Assembly (NCBI GenBank): GCA_021793835.1
Contig: JAJYRZ010000001.1
Coordinates: 1-44,812 of the forward strand
Source of the DNA: Actinomycetes bacterium
Lineage (GTDB): Bacteria; Actinomycetota; Actinomycetes; Mycobacteriales; Mycobacteriaceae
Direction of reading: 5' to 3'
Length of the DNA: 44,812 nt
Shown: one piece after another, positions 41,882 through 44,812 of the stretch
How positions within the stretch are numbered: the stretch's first letter is position 1
How the letters are laid out: each line of letters starts with the position of its first letter
Program-made: the position numbers and the translations under genes
Notes under the pieces: generated by a model
What the model was told of the DNA's origin: nothing
Database searches by the model: none
The model's input: the letters and a program-made list of their open reading frames with translations, nothing else

Positions 41882-42673
41882 GTGAGCGACGAAGCGCTTG
41901 ATGCGGGGACGGGAGCCGCACAGCAGGAGAGCAGACTGGCACTGGTGCGCCGGGCCCGCCGGATGAACCGGACGTTGGCGACCGCGTTCCCGCACGTGTT
42001 CGCCGAACTCGACTTCACCAATCCGCTGGAGTTGACCGTCGCGACCATCCTGTCCGCCCAGTGCACCGACAAGCGGGTCAACGAGGTCACCCCGGCGCTG
42101 TTCGCGCGCTACCGCACGGCCGCCGACTACGCCGGCGCCCGGCGCGACGAGCTCGAGGAGCTGATCCGGCCCACCGGCTTCTACCGCAACAAGGCCACCT
42201 CGCTGATCGGACTCGGCCAGGCGCTGGTCGAAAAGCACGACGGCCGGGTGCCCGGCACCCTGGCCGAACTGGTCGAACTGCCCGGGATCGGCCGCAAGAC
42301 CGCCAACGTGGTGCTCGGCAACGCCTTCGACGTCCCCGGCATCACCGTCGACACCCACTTCCTGCGTCTGGTGGCGCGGTGGCGCTGGACCGACGAGACC
42401 GATCCGGTGAAGGTCGAGCACGCGGTCGGCGCGCTGATCGAACGCAAGGAGTGGACGCTGCTGTCGCACCGGGTGATCTTCCACGGCCGACGGGTCTGCC
42501 ACGCCCGCCGCCCGGCCTGCGGGGTCTGCCTGATCGCACGCGACTGCCCCTCCTACGGGATCGGCCCCACCGACCCGGAGGCCGCGGCCGCACTGGTGCG
42601 CGGGCCCGAGACCGACCATCTGCTGGCGCTGGCCCCGACTCGGGCCCGGCCCCGACCGAGGAGACGACGATGA
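41882..42673 (+). CDS. nth: Endonuclease III
   Basis: [20 protein letters not shown] and C-x6-CxxC-x5-C motifs. TAGGCT is 7 nt before the GTG. Confidence 0.96.
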   Translation: MSDEALDAGTGAAQQESRLALVRRARRMNRTLATAFPHVFAELDFTNPLELTVATILSAQCTDKRVNEVTPALFARYRTAADYAGARRDELEELIRPTGFYRNKATSLIGLGQALVEKHDGRVPGTLAELVELPGIGRKTANVVLGNAFDVPGITVDTHFLRLVARWRWTDETDPVKVEHAVGALIERKEWTLLSHRVIFHGRRVCHARRPACGVCLIARDCPSYGIGPTDPEAAAALVRGPETDHLLALAPTRARPRPRRRR

Positions 42674-43320
42674 CGACCGCCGGACGGATCAGCCTGGGGC
42701 TGCTGGTGGCGGTGCTCGCCCTGATCGGGGTGGTCACGTTCTACACGCTCAACAGTGATGACCCGGCACCCGCGCCGACCGGGCCGCCGCAGGCGATGCC
42801 GGCCGGCGGCGGGTCCGACGAGGAGGAGCCCGTACGGGTCGACGATCCGGAGCTCTGGGCACGCTGCCCGGTCGAGGGCGACGACGGCGGGGACGGGCCG
42901 CTGGCCGGGGTGACCCTGGCCTGCCTGGACGGATCCGACGACGTCGACCTCGGCGCGGTCGTCACCGGCCGGCCGACCGTGGTCAACCTGTGGGCGTACT
43001 GGTGCGCGCCGTGCCGCAAGGAGCTGCCGGCGATGGCCGAGTTCGCCGAACTGGCCGACGGGCAGGTCGACGTGCTGACCGTGCACATCGAAGACGGTGC
43101 CGCATCCGGGGTGGAACTGCTCGAGTCCCTCGGGGTCAGCCTGCCGGCGGTCGCCGACGCAGACCGTCTCACCGTGGCGGCCCTCGGCGCGCCGCGAGTG
43201 GTGCCGGTGACCGTGCTGCTGGACGCCGACGGTGAGATCGTCGAGACCCTGGTGGTGCCGTTCGAGACCTCCGCGGAGATCGCGGACGCGGTGCGCGAGC
43301 ATTTGGGGGTGGACCTGTGA
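42670..43320 (+). CDS. Membrane-anchored TlpA-family thioredoxin
   Basis: N-terminal TM helix and [13 protein letters not shown]. Confidence 0.9.
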   Translation: MTTAGRISLGLLVAVLALIGVVTFYTLNSDDPAPAPTGPPQAMPAGGGSDEEEPVRVDDPELWARCPVEGDDGGDGPLAGVTLACLDGSDDVDLGAVVTGRPTVVNLWAYWCAPCRKELPAMAEFAELADGQVDVLTVHIEDGAASGVELLESLGVSLPAVADADRLTVAALGAPRVVPVTVLLDADGEIVETLVVPFETSAEIADAVREHLGVDL

Positions 43321-44090
43321 CCACGGTCCCCGGCTCCGTCGATCCGGCGTCCGCGGCCGGCCACCCCCCGCCGTGGCTGGCCGGGCTGGCCGAGCGCATG
43401 CGTGACCTGCGGGAGGACGCCGTGCCGGAGGCACTGCGCGACCGGGTGCCCGGCCCCGGCGAGGCCACGCGCCGGGCCTCGGTGCTCATGCTCTTCGGCG
43501 AGCGCGCCGACGCCGTCGACGCGGCCGCCGATCTCGCCGCGCCCGGACCGGCCACCGGCGGTCCGCCGCCGGCCGACGTGCTGCTGCTGCAGCGCTCGGC
43601 CGACCTGCGCCACCACGGTGGCCAGGTCGCCTTCCCCGGCGGGGCGGCCGACCCCGGTGACGGCGGGCCGATCGGCACCGCGCTGCGCGAGGCGCAGGAG
43701 GAGACGGGACTGGATCCGGACGGGGTCGCCCCGCTGGTGGTCATGCCCGAGCTGTACATCCCGCCGTCGGGCTTCTCGGTCTCCCCGGTGCTGGCCTACT
43801 GGCGCCGACCCAGCCCGGTGCGCGCGGTCGATCAGGGCGAGACGGCCCGGGTGGCGCGCATCCCGCTGGCGGACCTGGTCGACCCGGTCAACCGCTTCCA
43901 GGTCGGCATGGCCGGCCAGTACAAGGGCCCGGCGTTCATGGTCGACGGGATGCTCGTGTGGGGCTTCACGGCCGGACTGCTGTCCACCCTGATCGGGGCG
44001 GCCGGCTGGGAGCAGCCGTGGGATCAGGACGACGTGCGGGAGCTGTCGACCACCCTGGCGGGCCTGGACGAGCAGGCCGGTCCGCGGTGA
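43317..44090 (+). CDS. Nudix CoA pyrophosphatase
   Basis: LRHHGGQVAFPGG, ALREAQEETG and VWGFTA motifs. Confidence 0.92.
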   Translation: MTTVPGSVDPASAAGHPPPWLAGLAERMRDLREDAVPEALRDRVPGPGEATRRASVLMLFGERADAVDAAADLAAPGPATGGPPPADVLLLQRSADLRHHGGQVAFPGGAADPGDGGPIGTALREAQEETGLDPDGVAPLVVMPELYIPPSGFSVSPVLAYWRRPSPVRAVDQGETARVARIPLADLVDPVNRFQVGMAGQYKGPAFMVDGMLVWGFTAGLLSTLIGAAGWEQPWDQDDVRELSTTLAGLDEQAGPR

Positions 44091-44812
44091 CCGCCTCGAT
44101 CTGGCTCGACGTGGTGATCGCCGCCGTCGCGGCGCTCGCGGCGCTGGCCGGGTGGCGTCAGGGCGCCACCGCCTCGTCGATCGCGATCCTCGGGGTGCTC
44201 GGCGGCGCGGTGGTCGGAGTGGCGATCGTGCCCCCGATGGTCGGCGGCATCGACGACTTCCGGCTGCGGGTGTTCATCGCGGTGCTGACGATCACGCTGC
44301 TGGTGGTGACCGGTCAGGCGGCCGGGATGTGGCTGGGCCGATCGTTGCGCGCGGCACTGACCGGTGCGCGCACCCGCACGGTCGACCAGACCGCGGGCGC
44401 GGTGCTGCAGATCTTCGTGGTGCTCGCCCTGGCCTGGCTGGTGGCGGTGCCGATGGCCAGCGTCCAGTCCCCGGCGGCGGCCGCGGTCCGCGGCTCGTGG
44501 GTGCTGGCCGGGGTGGACCGGGTGGCCCCCGACTGGGCGCGCACCCTGCCGGCCCGGATGGCGTTGACCCTCGACGAGTCGGGCCTGCCGGAGGTGCTCG
44601 GCCCCTTCCAGCGCACCCCGGTCGCCGGGGTGGACCCGCCGGATCCGACGCTGATCGATCGGCCGGGCGTGCAGACCGCGCTGGACTCCACCGTGGAGGT
44701 GCTCGGTTCGGCCTCGCGGTGCGAACGCGGGCTGGAGGGCAGCGGTTTCGTCATCGCCCCGTCCCGGGTGATGACCAACGCCCACGTGGTGGCCGGCACC
44801 GATCGGGTGGTG
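44087..44812 (+). CDS. marP: MarP family membrane serine protease (5' part; runs off the window)
   Basis: GTGA-coupled start, TM helices with GWRQG, and protease motifs EGSGFV and VMTNAHVVAG. Confidence 0.9.
   Translation, partial: MTASIWLDVVIAAVAALAALAGWRQGATASSIAILGVLGGAVVGVAIVPPMVGGIDDFRLRVFIAVLTITLLVVTGQAAGMWLGRSLRAALTGARTRTVDQTAGAVLQIFVVLALAWLVAVPMASVQSPAAAAVRGSWVLAGVDRVAPDWARTLPARMALTLDESGLPEVLGPFQRTPVAGVDPPDPTLIDRPGVQTALDSTVEVLGSASRCERGLEGSGFVIAPSRVMTNAHVVAGTDRVV

Overview
High-GC actinobacterial (Mycobacteriales-type) chromosomal segment. The backbone follows the conserved block known from M. tuberculosis Rv3721c-Rv3671c, recalled from memory and not searched: dnaX, the tuberculostearic-acid methyltransferase/reductase pair, an Ami1-like amidase, ybaB-recR, murT-gatD, leuA with its leucine leader, ask-asd, tRNA-Pro(CGG), a metallophosphoesterase, yqeY, ponA2, whiB4, two ArsA/Get3 ATPases, DUF4177-ridA-MBL, crp, and nth-tlpA-nudix-marP (partial). 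Accessory genes include cspA, an arylsulfatase, an SSS transporter with a small subunit, an SDR/SnoaL pair, a LexA-boxed DUF222-HNH gene, catalase, nitroreductase, asparaginase, pirin, dodecin, a membrane protein-PCu(A)C-DyP operon, doxX/marR and a 1-Cys peroxiredoxin. The strongest leads are: (1) a GatD that has lost essentially all glutaminase residues, paired with a MurT whose RDQLDRxGE motif is altered and a nearby amidase with a catalytic Glu->Gln change, suggesting non-canonical peptidoglycan chemistry; (2) a His-rich membrane protein ending in a RAPP ribosome-arrest-like motif, with an anti-SD next to it, heading a copper-chaperone/peroxidase operon; (3) a structured, riboswitch-like leader upstream of the SSS transporter; (4) a yqeY gene with no stop codon before its terminator. 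No CRISPR array, rRNA, integrase or transposase was seen. All homology calls come from motif recognition, not database searches.
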